From Bryobacterales bacterium (GTDB taxonomy: Bacteria > Acidobacteriota > Terriglobia > Bryobacterales > UBA6623): 64,000 bases of DNA. The stretch covers positions 448,001 to 512,000 of the forward strand of contig OY729427.2 in the NCBI GenBank assembly GCA_963422375.2, written 5' to 3'. Below the pieces are notes generated by a model. The model was not told the DNA's origin. It ran no database searches and saw only the letters and a program-made list of their open reading frames with translations. This document shows, piece after piece, positions 1 to 10,795 of the stretch (position 1 is its first letter; each line of letters opens with the position of its first letter). A program made the translations under genes and the position numbers.

Positions 1-1264
1 CTCGGCCCCCTCGGCGAGCGCTACCGTAGCTTCGTCCAAGCGGTGGAACTGGCGCAGGTCGAGGACTGCCTGCCCGTCGGGCAGGGCGGCCGCGGCCGCC
101 CCCTCGCAAGCCGCGCCGCCATGGCGCGCGCTTTCATCGCCAAGGCCGTCTTCGACCAGCCCGCTACGCGCTCGCCGGTCGAGCGCCTGCAGACCGATCG
201 CACCCTGCGCCGACTGTGCGGCTGGGACCTGGCCGGGGCCGTGCCCGGCGAGGCAACCTTCTCGCGCGCCTGCGCCGAGTTCGCCGCCGGCGAACTGCCC
301 GGACGCTTGCACCAGGCGCTGCTCGCGCGGACGCTCGACGGCCGCTTGGCAGGGCACGTCTCCCGCGACTCGACCGCCATCGAGGGCCGCGAGCGGCCCG
401 CCGCGAAGCCCGCGCCGGAACCGGAGCCGAAACGCAAGCGCGGGCGCCCTCGCAAGAGCGAGCAGCGGCCGCCCGCTCCGCGCCGACTGGCGCGGCAGCC
501 CGACATGAATCTCGAAGCAATGCTGCACGACCTGCCGCAGGACTGCGATACCGGCACCAAGCGCAACGCCAAGGGCCGTACCGTCAGCTGGCGCGGCTAC
601 AAGCTGCCTATCGACGCGATCGACGGCGGGATTCCGGTCAGCTGCCTGCTCACCGCGGCTTCGCTGCACGACAGCCAGGCCGCGATCCCGCTGGCGACAC
701 GGACCGCGGGCCGCGTCGACAACCTGTACGACCGGATGGACAGCGCGCGCGACGCGGCCGGGATCCGGGCCTTCAGCGAGCGGCTCGGGCACGTGCCGCT
801 CATTGATGTCAACCCGCGCGGCCGGACGGAGCTGCAGGCGGATCTGGCACGGGAGGCGCTGCGCAGCGCCTGGCGGGCGGATCCCGCGAAGCTGCGCTAT
901 CGGGAGCGCTCGACGGTGGAGCGTGTCAACGGCCGCCTGAAGGACGATTGCGGCGGGCGCCACGTGCGCGGCCGCGGCCGCGGCAAGGTGCTGTGCCACC
1001 TCCTGTTCGGCGTGCTCGCGCTGACGGTGGAGCAGCTCCTGCGCCTGGCGCTCCGAGAGCCCGGGCCGCCGGGACAGCCGGGCAGAGCGCCCGCCCGCCG
1101 GGCCGGGCCGGGAGAGCTGCGCCTGCACGGGGCCGCTCCTCGCAGGAGCGCCCCGAAGCGGAGCAAGCCCAGCTGAAGGGAGTCTTTTTCGGCGAGAATA
1201 ACAGCCCGGAAACTAGTCGTTCATGGGGCGGTCAGCCCTCTTTTCTGAATTTTGCAAAAGGCTC
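1..1264 (+). mobile_element. IS5/IS1182-like insertion sequence, copy A (left end outside the window)
   Basis: Contains a DDE transposase ORF and ends in GAATTTTGCAAAAGGCTC at 1264, the same terminus as the copy at 43257-44796. Confidence 0.85.
43..1176 (+). pseudogene. IS5/IS1182-like DDE transposase, 5'-truncated by the window edge, with degenerate motifs
   Basis: Motifs EATFSRA, SRDSTAIE, SLHDSQAAIPL, RSTVERVNGRLKD; KLPID and MDSARD here versus KLHID and MDSAYD in other copies. Confidence 0.75.
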
Positions 1265-1290
1265 GACTCGTTACGTATCATTGTCGCGGG

Positions 1291-3780
1291 ATGCGCCTGT
1301 CAGTCCTCCTGCTGAGCGCGCTGCCCGTCTTCGGCGGGGTGCCGGTGCCCGAGCAGCACTTCGGCCACGCGATGGGGGCGGACCGCGAGCTCGTGGCCTG
1401 GGCCGACGTGGTCAGCTACTTCCGCGCGCTGGACGCAGCCAGCCAGTCGGTGCAGGTCGAGACCCTAGGCCTGACGACCGAGGGCAGGGAGATGATCGTC
1501 GCCGTGATCGCCGCCCCTGAGACCATCCGGGATCTGGAGCGGTACAAGGGGATTCTCGGACGACTGGCCGACCCGCGGTCGACCTCCTCGCAGACAGCGG
1601 ACCATCTGTCCGCAACCGGCAAGCCCGCCATCGCGATCACCTGCTCGATCCATTCCACCGAAGTTGCCTCGACGATGACGGCCGTGCAGTTCGCGCACGA
1701 CCTGCTGGTCGAGGACACCCCCCGGCACAGGGAGATCCTCGCGGGCACGATCCTACTGCTGGTGCCGTCGCTGAATCCCGACGGCGTGGACAAGGTGCGG
1801 CACTGGTACAACCGCTGGCTCGACACGCCGCACGAGGGGGCTCCGATGACGGAGCTCTACCACAAGTACGTAGGGCACGACAACAACCGGGACTGGTACA
1901 TCTTCAGCCAGAAGGAAACCCGCCTGGTGGTCGAGAGGCTGCACAACGGCTGGCATCCGCAGATCGTCTACGACGTGCATCAGATGGGCCGCAACGGAGC
2001 GCGGATCTTCGTGCCTCCCTGGATCGATCCGGTCGACCCCAACATCGACCCCCTCATCACCCAGCAGGTCAACGCCTTCGGCACGGCGATGGCCGTGGAT
2101 CTCACCGCCGCGGGCAAGCGGGGAGTTCTCATCCACGGGATCTATGACTACTACTCCCCGGCCAGGCACTACCAGAGCTATCACGGCGCGCTGCGCCTCC
2201 TCAGCGAATCGGCCAGCGCGAGGCTCGCGTCCCCGGTCAGGCTCGCGCCGGAGGATCTGGACCGCGACGCTCGAGGCTACGACTCGCTGGCGAGCAGCTG
2301 GAACTTCCTCGAGCCTTGGGAGGGCGGCGAGTGGCGAGTGGGCGACATCGTCGAGAACCAGCTCATCACGTTCGAGTCGGTCCTGTATTCGGCGGCCTTG
2401 CGCCGGCGCGGTCTCCTGCGGAACTTCTACGAAATCGGGCGGCGAGTGATCGAGCGCGGCAAGGGCCGGGCGTTCGTCGTGCCGGCCGGCCAGCACGACC
2501 CGGGCGCGGCCGCGCGCCTCCTGCGGACCCTGCGTTTCGGGGGCGTGGAAATCGAGCGCGTGACCGAAGTGCTGGAACCCTCCGAGCCCCCGGTAGGCGA
2601 AGGCGACTACCTCGTGCGGCTCGCGCAGCCGTACGGCGGATTCGCGAATACGCTGCTCGAGCGCCAGGACTACCCGGACCTACGCGCCTTCCCGGGCGGC
2701 CCGCCCCGGCGCCCGTACGACGCGACGGCCCACTCGCTCCCTCTGCTGATGGGCGTGACAGCGTTTCCTGTCGAGGGGGAACTGCATGTCCGGGCCGAGC
2801 GCGCCGACCACGTACGGCCGGCCGGCGGGCAGATCGACGAGGCGGACGACCTGATGCTCTCGCCGGCGTCCGGGGCGAGCTGGATCGCGGTCAACCGATT
2901 TCTGTCAGCGGGCGTGCCGGTGCATCGGCGCCGATCGGACGGAACGTTCCTCGTCCGGGCGGCTGCGGCGACCAGGCCTCGGCTGGAGTCCGTGTCGGAG
3001 GAGTTCGGGCTCGAGTTCGCGGCAGCGGACACCTCGGTCGCCGAGCATCCGGCGATGAGGCTGCCCCGTGTCGCGATCTACGCGGGACACGTCCCCTGCA
3101 TGGACGAGGGCTGGACGCGCTGGCTATTCGACCGCTACGAGATGCCGTACGAATCAGTTGGGAACGAAGAGATCGCAGCAGGCCTGTCCGGCCGGGCGGA
3201 CGTGCTGATCCTCCCGGACGCTTCCCCGGAAACCTTGGAGAGGGGCTTCGCCGCCGGGAGCGGCGACCAGTCTCTCGTGCCCCCGGACTACCGCGGCGGC
3301 CTCGGCGAAACGGGCGTCGCCGCACTCCTAGACTTCGCCAGGTCGGGGGGCACCGTTCTCGCGTTCAACCGCGCTGCGGCGTTTGCCGCGGAGCGCATGA
3401 ACCTGCCGGTCGAGAACGCCGTGCGCGGGCTCCGCAAGGAGCGCTTCTACGGTCCGGGGACGCTGGTCCACGTGGAGGCCGACCTTACCCACCCTGCCTG
3501 CTTCGGAATGCGGCCGCGGGAAGCCGCATGGTTCGAGTCCGGGCCCGTCTTCCGCACGCGCCGGTCGGCCGGGACCGCGGTGCGGGCGGTCCTGCGGTAT
3601 CCCCAGCGCGAGGTGCTAGCATCGGGGTGGCTCCTAGGGGAGAGCTATCTGGCGAACCGGGCCGCCGTGGCCGAAGTGTCGGTGGGCCGCGGCCGGGTGC
3701 TGCTTTTCGGCATCCGCCCGCAATACCGCGGGCAGTCCGAAGCGACATTCAAGATGGTATTCAACGGCCTGCACCTCTGA
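1291..3780 (+). CDS. Secreted M14-family zinc carboxypeptidase with a C-terminal glutamine-amidotransferase-like domain
   Basis: Signal-peptide-like MRLSVLLL; HSTE (HxxE), NPDG, GHDNNRDW and DVHQMG motifs; start moved from 1252 to ATG 1291. Confidence 0.85.
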   Translation: MRLSVLLLSALPVFGGVPVPEQHFGHAMGADRELVAWADVVSYFRALDAASQSVQVETLGLTTEGREMIVAVIAAPETIRDLERYKGILGRLADPRSTSSQTADHLSATGKPAIAITCSIHSTEVASTMTAVQFAHDLLVEDTPRHREILAGTILLLVPSLNPDGVDKVRHWYNRWLDTPHEGAPMTELYHKYVGHDNNRDWYIFSQKETRLVVERLHNGWHPQIVYDVHQMGRNGARIFVPPWIDPVDPNIDPLITQQVNAFGTAMAVDLTAAGKRGVLIHGIYDYYSPARHYQSYHGALRLLSESASARLASPVRLAPEDLDRDARGYDSLASSWNFLEPWEGGEWRVGDIVENQLITFESVLYSAALRRRGLLRNFYEIGRRVIERGKGRAFVVPAGQHDPGAAARLLRTLRFGGVEIERVTEVLEPSEPPVGEGDYLVRLAQPYGGFANTLLERQDYPDLRAFPGGPPRRPYDATAHSLPLLMGVTAFPVEGELHVRAERADHVRPAGGQIDEADDLMLSPASGASWIAVNRFLSAGVPVHRRRSDGTFLVRAAAATRPRLESVSEEFGLEFAAADTSVAEHPAMRLPRVAIYAGHVPCMDEGWTRWLFDRYEMPYESVGNEEIAAGLSGRADVLILPDASPETLERGFAAGSGDQSLVPPDYRGGLGETGVAALLDFARSGGTVLAFNRAAAFAAERMNLPVENAVRGLRKERFYGPGTLVHVEADLTHPACFGMRPREAAWFESGPVFRTRRSAGTAVRAVLRYPQREVLASGWLLGESYLANRAAVAEVSVGRGRVLLFGIRPQYRGQSEATFKMVFNGLHL

Positions 3781-3810
3781 GAAGCCGAGGTGCCCGGCGG
3801 CGGGTGCGAC

Positions 3811-4497
3811 GTGAACTACTTCAACTACTTCACGGAGGTCGAAGACCGTTTCCGGCAGGCGCGCAACAGCGGCATGTTCATGATGTCGCCCCTCGACTGG
3901 GCGCTGGTCGAATCGTGGAAGGACGCAGGGGTGCCCTTGGAGGCGGTGCTGAAGGGAATCGACCGCGCCTTCGAGAAATACCACGCGAGAAGGCGACGAT
4001 ACTCCAGAGTCAACTCCGTGGCGTATTGCGCCCAGGAGGTCATGGGCGCGGCCAAGGAGTCCGGGCGGGTCGCCCGGATCGCCGCTCAAGCGATCCCTCC
4101 CGGTTTCGACGGGGCCGAGCTAGAGAGCTTCTTCCGCAAGCGCGCCGAGCAGCTTTTCGGGCTGGCGGCAGCGCGGCCATCGGAGGCCACGATCCTAGAG
4201 GAAACGGCGTCCGCGCTGGAGAGCATGGCGGAAGCCGCCGCTTCCGGCACACTGGGGGATCTAGAGGAGGTCGAGCAGCGACTTAGCGCGTTCGAAGACC
4301 GCGTGCTCGGCATGGCGACGAGCGCGCTGAGCGCCGAGCAGATCTTGGCGGCGCGGCGCGAGATGGAGACGAAGATCAAGCCGTATCGGCGGAAGATGAC
4401 GGCGGAGCACATCGCCATGCTCGAGCAGAAATACCTACGCCGCCGTGCGCTGGAGGAATTCGGCCTGTCGCGACTGAGTCTGTTCTACGCAGAATAG
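3811..4497 (+). CDS. Hypothetical protein with a DnaD-like N-terminal pattern
   Basis: Codon-biased ORF; SPLDWALVESW..VPLEAVLKGIDRAF..SVAYC pattern; GTG start uncertain (3790 or 3811). Confidence 0.7.
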   Translation: MNYFNYFTEVEDRFRQARNSGMFMMSPLDWALVESWKDAGVPLEAVLKGIDRAFEKYHARRRRYSRVNSVAYCAQEVMGAAKESGRVARIAAQAIPPGFDGAELESFFRKRAEQLFGLAAARPSEATILEETASALESMAEAAASGTLGDLEEVEQRLSAFEDRVLGMATSALSAEQILAARREMETKIKPYRRKMTAEHIAMLEQKYLRRRALEEFGLSRLSLFYAE

Positions 4498-5234
4498 AGC
4501 CTGTCGCAGCGCCGCAAACGTGCCTCGAGGCCGCGGCGCCCCCGTCGGGCCAACCGCGCCGTGCAGGCTGCGTTGCCTGGGCCACCGAATCCCCTTCCCG
4601 AGGGGTGTTCGCTCCACCGGGCACCGTGGCCCGGCGTTGCCCGTCGCGACGGCGCCACCTTGCCTGCGGCTGGGCTCTCTTGGTCCTCGCCGTCCTCCGG
4701 AAACGCCCCGCGCCGGAGAGTCGCGCGTTCCTCCAATGTCACGTGCCGGACGGCAGACCGCGCGACACTCCATGGGTGGAGTGCGCACGGGCGATGCCCT
4801 AGCGTCCGATTGAGTCAGGCCCGCCGCGGGCTGCGGTCACTCTGTGACCTGCGCTGCGGCACCCGCATCCGGCGAGTCCTTCTTCCGCCGCCCGCAGGAA
4901 GCGCCGAAGCGCTCTTCGTCCCTGGGAATCCGACGCCGGTCCGTCCGGCGGAAAGTCGGCCCCGGGGGAGATCCTCGCCAAGATCCGCCGGGCGCGGGAA
5001 GCCCAAGAATCGGGCGGGCGAAGTCATGCGTTTCATCGACGCAGGGCACCGGGTTGCAGGCACGCTTCGTGGCGCGGCTAGGCCGGAGCGGTCAAGCGCC
5101 CTGCCTGACCCGCGCGCCCGCCGCCGACAACGGCAAGGTTCGGGGACGCCTCGGCCGCAGCCGACGGCCACTGGCCCCGGGGGGCGACGAGCCCAGCAGC
5201 GCTAGCCGACCCGCCGTCTCCCCGCACTCCCATA

Positions 5235-6095
5235 ATGAGTAGAGTGCTGCACGACATCGCGCTCTTCAACGGCCGGTTGGTTTCCTGTCGCGAGCCGATC
5301 CTGGCGCTCGGTCATGCCGGCGTCTTCACCGGCTGGGGTGTCTTCACCACGCTGAGGGTCTACGACAGCGTTCCGTTCGCGTTCGAACGGCATTGGGACC
5401 GGCTTGCACGCGACGCGGGCCAGCTGAACGTTGAAATGCCTCCCGACCGCGACGAGCTGCGATTCCGGCTGATCGAGCTGGTCAAGCGCAACCAATGCCG
5501 GGAAGCGCGCATGCGCCTCAACATCGTGCGGGCCGCCCCGGGCCTCTGGACGCCTCCGCGCCAAGGGCAGCAGTCGGATGTAGTGGCGTTCACCGCGGCT
5601 CTGACGCCCGGACCGGAGACGGCGGCCCTGACGCTGCAAGCGGACGGCCGCCACGCACGCACGCCATTCGCCGGCACCAAGACTCTGTCGTGGGCGCACA
5701 ACCTGACGCTATACGAGAACGCCGCGCGCGCGGGCTACGCGGACGCTTTGCTCCTGAACGAACTGGGTGAGGTTTCCGAATGCACGTCCGCGAACGTATT
5801 TGCGGTCAAGGACGGCGTCACTCTGACGCCGCCGCTGTCCAGCGGGGCGCTCCCGGGCGTGACGCGCGAGGTGATGCTGGGCGAGCTGGACGATGCCGTC
5901 CGGGAGAGCATATTGCGTACCGGGGACATCCACGAGGCCGACGAGGTGTTCATCACCTCCTCCACTCGCGAGCTGGTGCCGGTCGACCGGCTCGACCAAC
6001 GGCCGCTGGGCAGCGGGACCTGGCCGGTCATGGAGCGTCTGCGCGTCCGGCTGCGCGAGTACATCCGCGCCTACGTCGAGTCGGCGCGCGCCTAG
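5235..6095 (+). CDS. Class IV PLP aminotransferase (IlvE/PabC-like)
   Basis: GVFTTLR, GTKT, ECTSANVF, LPGVTR and EADEVFITSS motifs. Confidence 0.9.
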   Translation: MSRVLHDIALFNGRLVSCREPILALGHAGVFTGWGVFTTLRVYDSVPFAFERHWDRLARDAGQLNVEMPPDRDELRFRLIELVKRNQCREARMRLNIVRAAPGLWTPPRQGQQSDVVAFTAALTPGPETAALTLQADGRHARTPFAGTKTLSWAHNLTLYENAARAGYADALLLNELGEVSECTSANVFAVKDGVTLTPPLSSGALPGVTREVMLGELDDAVRESILRTGDIHEADEVFITSSTRELVPVDRLDQRPLGSGTWPVMERLRVRLREYIRAYVESARA

Positions 6096-6988
6096 TTGGG
6101 CGCCGGCAGGAGCCCGTGCTTGCCGAGGAAGGCACGAATCGCGGAGTCAATCCTCGCGACCTCGTCCTGCGAGAAGCCTCCGTGCCCTCCGCCCGGAATC
6201 GTCAGCAACTCGTGCTCGGCTCCCGCCGCGTCCAGGCGCCTGTGCAGCTCGGTCGCGTGGGAGTACGGCACGACCCTGTCGGCGGCGCCGTGAATCGTGA
6301 GGATCGGCGGGATGCCCTTGCGCACGTGGTGGATTGGCGAAACGGAGCGCGCGATGTCCTCGCGGTCCGTCTGGCTTCCCAGCCACGAGACGGTGTAACT
6401 CTTCTCGTTCGGCTTGCCGGCCATCAGGTCGGCTACGTCGGTGATGCCGTAGTAGTTGACCACGGCCGCCACCTTGGGCTGCACTCCGGAAATGCACTCG
6501 GCGTCGAAGCCGGCCGAGACAGGGAGGATCCCGGTCGCGAGCGAGAGGTGGCCCCCGGCGGAGCGGCCTGTCACAACAAGCTTGTCCGTGTCGAATCCGT
6601 AGGTGTCCGCGTTCCGGATCACCCAGCGCAGCGCGCAGCGGCAGTCCTCGACTGCCGCCGGAGCGCGGGCCACGCGCCCGAGCCTGTACGCGACGTTGAC
6701 CACGTTGAAACCCATCTCCAAGTACGGCGCGATCCTGAGAATGCTGCCTTCCTTGGATCCGCCGACCCAGCCCCCGCCGTGGATGTAGATCGCGGTGGGA
6801 CGGGGGAAGGAACTGCCGCGCACGGTGTAGACGTCGAGCTTCTGCTCGGCGTTGCTGGCGACCTTGTAGGTGATGTCGGGCCTCACGCGGTACTTGTTGC
6901 CCACCCAGGCGGCGAACGAGCTCGCTTCGCTCGCCAAGGCCGGGGCGACCGCTAGGAGCGCGAGCAGGACGAGAGCGGTTGGATTCAC
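6092..6988 (-). CDS. Secreted alpha/beta hydrolase (esterase/lipase, BD-FAE-like)
   Basis: HGGGW, GRSAGG nucleophile elbow, IHGAAD..VP and GGHG; GTG at 6988 with GGGAG upstream and a signal peptide. Confidence 0.88.
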   Translation of the reverse strand: MNPTALVLLALLAVAPALASEASSFAAWVGNKYRVRPDITYKVASNAEQKLDVYTVRGSSFPRPTAIYIHGGGWVGGSKEGSILRIAPYLEMGFNVVNVAYRLGRVARAPAAVEDCRCALRWVIRNADTYGFDTDKLVVTGRSAGGHLSLATGILPVSAGFDAECISGVQPKVAAVVNYYGITDVADLMAGKPNEKSYTVSWLGSQTDREDIARSVSPIHHVRKGIPPILTIHGAADRVVPYSHATELHRRLDAAGAEHELLTIPGGGHGGFSQDEVARIDSAIRAFLGKHGLLPAPN

Positions 6989-7034
6989 GGTATGACTCCC
7001 TTCGATGGCCTGACGAGGCACCGAATGGTACGGT

Positions 7035-8120
7035 GTGGGCTTGAAGCCGGGGGACCTCATCAGGCAGCTCAGGAAAGGTGGCAAGCCCGCTCCGGGCTAC
7101 CTCTTCCTAGGCGCGGAGCCATTCTATCGCGAACGCTGCCGCCAGACCGTGCGGAAGGCAGCCCTCGGCCCGCAGCCGGACGAGACGGCAATCGAGGAGA
7201 TCGATCTGGCGGAGCAGCGCCTGACCGCGCTCGTCGAGGCGGCGCGCACGCTGTCGCTGTTCAGCAGCGAGCGCGTCGTCATCGGGCGGAACGCCGAGCA
7301 GGCCGTGCCCAAGGTCGGCAGCGAGGCGGCCCGGCTCGATAAGCGGGCCCTCGCCGACTACTTCGCGGACCCTACGCCCGGCACCGTCGTGCTGATCGAG
7401 GCCGTGAAGCACGACTCGCGGGAGCGCGGCGACAGGGAGAAGCTCTCGCGGGCGGCCAAGTTCTACGGAGCCGTTCCCGTGTGCGTCGAACTGGAAGCCC
7501 TGTCTGTCGAGGAGGCGCGATACGTGGCGAAAGTCCTGGCCGGCCGGATGGGCATCGACCTGCGCCCGGACGTCCTCGCCGAGATGGTCGACATGCTGGG
7601 CGCGGATGGGTTTCGCATCGAAAACGAACTGCAGAAGCTCTCGCTCTACATCGGCGGCAGCCGCCCGGTCACGCAGGAGGACCTGGACCTGCTCCTGCCC
7701 GAGGCGCGACAGAGCGGCGTGTTCGATTTCTCGCAGGCGCTGGCGGAACGCGACCGGACACGCGCCCTAGGGCTGCTCGACACGATGTCGCAGGCCGGGA
7801 TGTACTGGCCGATGCAGCTCAACCTGATCGCCGCCCTGTTCCGCCAGGCGCTCGCGGCGAAGGAACTGGGCCTGAGCGGCGCTCGCGACATCGGCGCGCG
7901 CCTAGGGGCCTTCGGCCTGCGAGTCTGGCCGGCCAGGGCCCGTCAGGTCGATGGGATCGTATCGCGTTTCCGGGAAGAGGAACTGCGCAAGGGGTTGGTC
8001 GCCGTGTTCGAAGCGGACCGCGACCTGCGATCCCCGCGCCCGGACGACCGGGTCGTAATGGAAATGCTCGTAATGAAGCTGACGAGCCGACCTGCGGGCG
8101 CTCCTACGCGGGAGCCTTAG
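7035..8120 (+). CDS. holA: DNA polymerase III subunit delta
   Basis: YLFLGAE, SLFSSERVV, ENELQKLSLY and EADRDLRS; classic convergent position next to rpsT. Confidence 0.9.
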   Translation: MGLKPGDLIRQLRKGGKPAPGYLFLGAEPFYRERCRQTVRKAALGPQPDETAIEEIDLAEQRLTALVEAARTLSLFSSERVVIGRNAEQAVPKVGSEAARLDKRALADYFADPTPGTVVLIEAVKHDSRERGDREKLSRAAKFYGAVPVCVELEALSVEEARYVAKVLAGRMGIDLRPDVLAEMVDMLGADGFRIENELQKLSLYIGGSRPVTQEDLDLLLPEARQSGVFDFSQALAERDRTRALGLLDTMSQAGMYWPMQLNLIAALFRQALAAKELGLSGARDIGARLGAFGLRVWPARARQVDGIVSRFREEELRKGLVAVFEADRDLRSPRPDDRVVMEMLVMKLTSRPAGAPTREP

Positions 8121-8379
8121 CCTGGGCCCCGTTGGCCGCGTGCGCAAGAGACGACTTGATGCGGGCCGCCTTGTTGCGGTGCAGGATCCCCTTCTGCACC
8201 GACTTGTCGACGTAGCTGACCGTCGGGCCGAGGAGCTCCGCCGTCCGGTCGGGGTCGTTCGCCGCCGCGGAGTGGAATCCCTTGAGCTTGGTTCGCAGGC
8301 GGGTCCGAGACGCCTTGTTGCGCGCGTAGCGCTTGGCGGTCTGCCGGATCCGCTTCATCGCTGACTTGTGGTTCGCCAT
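8104..8379 (-). CDS. rpsT: 30S ribosomal protein S20
   Basis: MANHKSAMKRIRQ and KGILHRNKAARIKS. Confidence 0.97.
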   Translation of the reverse strand: MANHKSAMKRIRQTAKRYARNKASRTRLRTKLKGFHSAAANDPDRTAELLGPTVSYVDKSVQKGILHRNKAARIKSSLAHAANGAQAKAPA

Positions 8380-8393
8380 ACGGTGCTATTACG

Positions 8394-8422
8394 AGCATAG
8401 CGCCATGCCGCGTGCGTGTCAA
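8394..8422 (-). promoter_or_regulatory. Sigma70-type promoter of rpsT
   Basis: TTGACA-17 nt-TATGCT on the minus strand just upstream of the start codon. Confidence 0.75.
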
Positions 8423-8809
8423 TCCGCCTCGCGCCCGTACCGGTCCGGGGAGGCTCTCTCGGGGCCCGGTCGGGAACGCCGGAGGGTAGCCTCGTCGCGC
8501 ACGGTCCTGCCCGCTCCTCGTCAGCCCGTGCGCTTCGCGGAATACTGGCCGGTCCTCCGTCGCGGCGCGCCGGGCGCCGCCAGAGGCCGCTGACGACACT
8601 GACCTCGATGCGCCTCCCGGACGACGGGCGATCTAGAGCGCATCCCGAGCGGCAAGAGCCTGCGGCGGGCGGGCCCTGGACTGGCCGAAGTCGAGAGCGC
8701 CCGAGAGCGCTCGTCCGCGACGGCAGTCTCGTCGAGACCCGACCACTTCTCCACGCCGCCGACACCCGCGACGTCTCCCGAAGAGTCGGCAAGCGACCGG
8801 GTCTGGGTC

Positions 8810-9432
8810 ATGCTGCGAATCGCGCCTGTCGAATCCGAGTTTCAAGAGCGAGACTTGATGCAGACCGTGCGGCACTCGTGGACGGGCGAGAACGGCGAGA
8901 ACATGGTTCCCGTACGCATCCCGTGGACCAAGCCGACAAGCTACCTGTCCTTCCTCGCGGCACTTAACCTTCGAATGCCGGACGAGCATGCTGAGAACTG
9001 GCATCACAGCGTCCCCTTCTTCACGCCGGCCGACCATCCACAGATCATCAAGTTTCCGGTCCGGGAGGGTTGGTGTACACGACGTCGAGCCTAGGCAGCA
9101 AGGGCGTTCGCGACATGGCGCATGAGCTGGCGGACCGCGTGGTCGCGTCCGCGATCCAGCCCATCTGGGTGCCCGACCTCTACCGAGCAATCACCGACTT
9201 CGCTCTGATGGACATGGAATTCGGCAACTGCCCTCCCAAGCCGATGCTCGTCTGAGCTTGCACCATCAACCAGTGGCTCGACACTCCGGAACAGGTCGAA
9301 CCCTTGGTAGAGGAGTACCTCAGGCCGCTGCGCAGCCAGCTGTGGGCAGAGGAGAAGAGAAGCTTCGACAGTTGGATTCCTACGGTGGTCTGGGAGCCCC
9401 GAGCGTACAATCCACTCGCCGGCGAGCGCTAA
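8810..9432 (+). pseudogene. Disrupted upstream partner (putative antitoxin) of an AbiEii-type toxin
   Basis: Reads as one protein across a frameshift near 9070 and an in-frame TGA at 9253-9255; ends at TAA 9430-9432, 2 nt before the toxin ATG. Confidence 0.5.
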
Positions 9433-9434
9433 GC

Positions 9435-10463
9435 ATGTTCGAGCGACGATTCTCAATCATAAACGAAGACGAGCGGTTGCACGAAGAAGTAATGCATGCC
9501 GTCGCTATCAGAATGAAAGGCACGAAGTACGTACCCAAAGGGGGCACGGCATTGGCCTTCGCTTGCGATCTGGATCGAAATTCTGCAGACATTGATCTTG
9601 ACGCGACCGAGCCGGCCTATATTTCAGGCCGCATTCGGAGGGGTCTGCATGATGCAGGCGTCGAGATGTCAGCATACATCGTCGCAAGGTAGGGTCTCAG
9701 TCGACAGCGATTCAAAGTAAACTATATAGATCCTAATGCAGGTAAGGACCGCCTAATGAACGTCGAAATGAGCTTTCGAACTGTTCCGAATGAAGAAGAA
9801 ATATCCGTGGTAAGGGAAATTGGGGCGTACGTGATCAAGTCCCTATTCAACCGGAAATTGAAGGCAGCGAACCAGCGTATCGCCGGACGACACCTCTACG
9901 ACTTGGCATTCATCCCGGACCAGTACGGCGACCTGCCGGCTCCGGGTCAGGTGGAACGCTGCGACGAGTTCACTCGTGACTACGAGAGGCTGGCGGATCG
10001 GTTCGACCAAGCGTTCCGTTCGGATCGCGCGCGCTCCTTCCTGTCCAGGGCCGAGGACCGAGCTCTGATGCTCCGAATTGCCATCGAACGGCAGCTGGCC
10101 AGGAGAGGCAGGGCAGTTCTGGACCGCGCGGCGCCGCGCGACCTGACCCTTGCGCAGGCCCTCGCGATGCACCACCGCTGGCTGGAGTCGTCCGGCGCTG
10201 AGGGCCGCAGGGCGGACCTGACAGGATTCGAGTTCACGGGCATGGTCCTTTGCGGCCTGGCGTTCAGGACTGCGGTGCTCCGAGGCGCCGACTTCGCGGG
10301 CGCAGTCTTGAGAAATGCGGACCTCCGCGAGACCGACTTGCGCGACGCAATCTTCGACGGCACGACCATGCTCGGCACGGACCTGCTGGGGACATCGCTG
10401 ACGACGGCATTCTTCGGCCCGACCACCAAGGGAGTTGCGGGAGCACTCGAGTCCGTCCCCTAG
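9435..10463 (+). pseudogene. AbiEii/AbiGii-family nucleotidyltransferase toxin fused to pentapeptide repeats, with one in-frame TAG
   Basis: KGGTAL..RNSADIDLD and KLKAA..R..RHLYDL motifs; ORFs 9435-9692 and 9756-10463 share a frame, separated only by TAG 9690-9692; C-terminal A(D/N)Lxx repeats. Confidence 0.75.
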
Positions 10464-10795
10464 CAACCAAGCACGTCGCGGCCGCGCGCGGCAGAGGCGC
10501 GAGCGGCCGAGATCCGTCGAATCCGACCTAGAACTGTCTGATGAGCGCAGGCAACGACCGCCGTTGCGGACGGACCGCCCGAAGTTCGCGGCAAGCGATC
10601 TGGCCCCCTCTTCGGACCATCTCGGACGCCGGCAGGCATCGTCGGCAGTTGCCCGCTTGGTCTCCGGTCGGACTCGGACTGGAAGAAGGTCGCGATCTCG
10701 CCGACGGCTGGCGCGGCCAACGAACAGCCTCGGCGGCGGCGGGACCTGTCCCGATGTCGACTCGCGGGTCGCGAACGAAGTAATCTTTACGTCAC

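Noticed and set aside
4498..5234. GC-rich intergenic stretch with several ORFs and possible hairpins
   Set aside because: No recognisable protein or RNA motif; the ORFs are Arg/Pro-rich shadow frames
9690..9692. In-frame TAG as pyrrolysine or stop-codon reassignment
   Set aside because: TAG terminates many core genes here (carA, carB, lepB, rplS), and the neighbouring gene is also degraded
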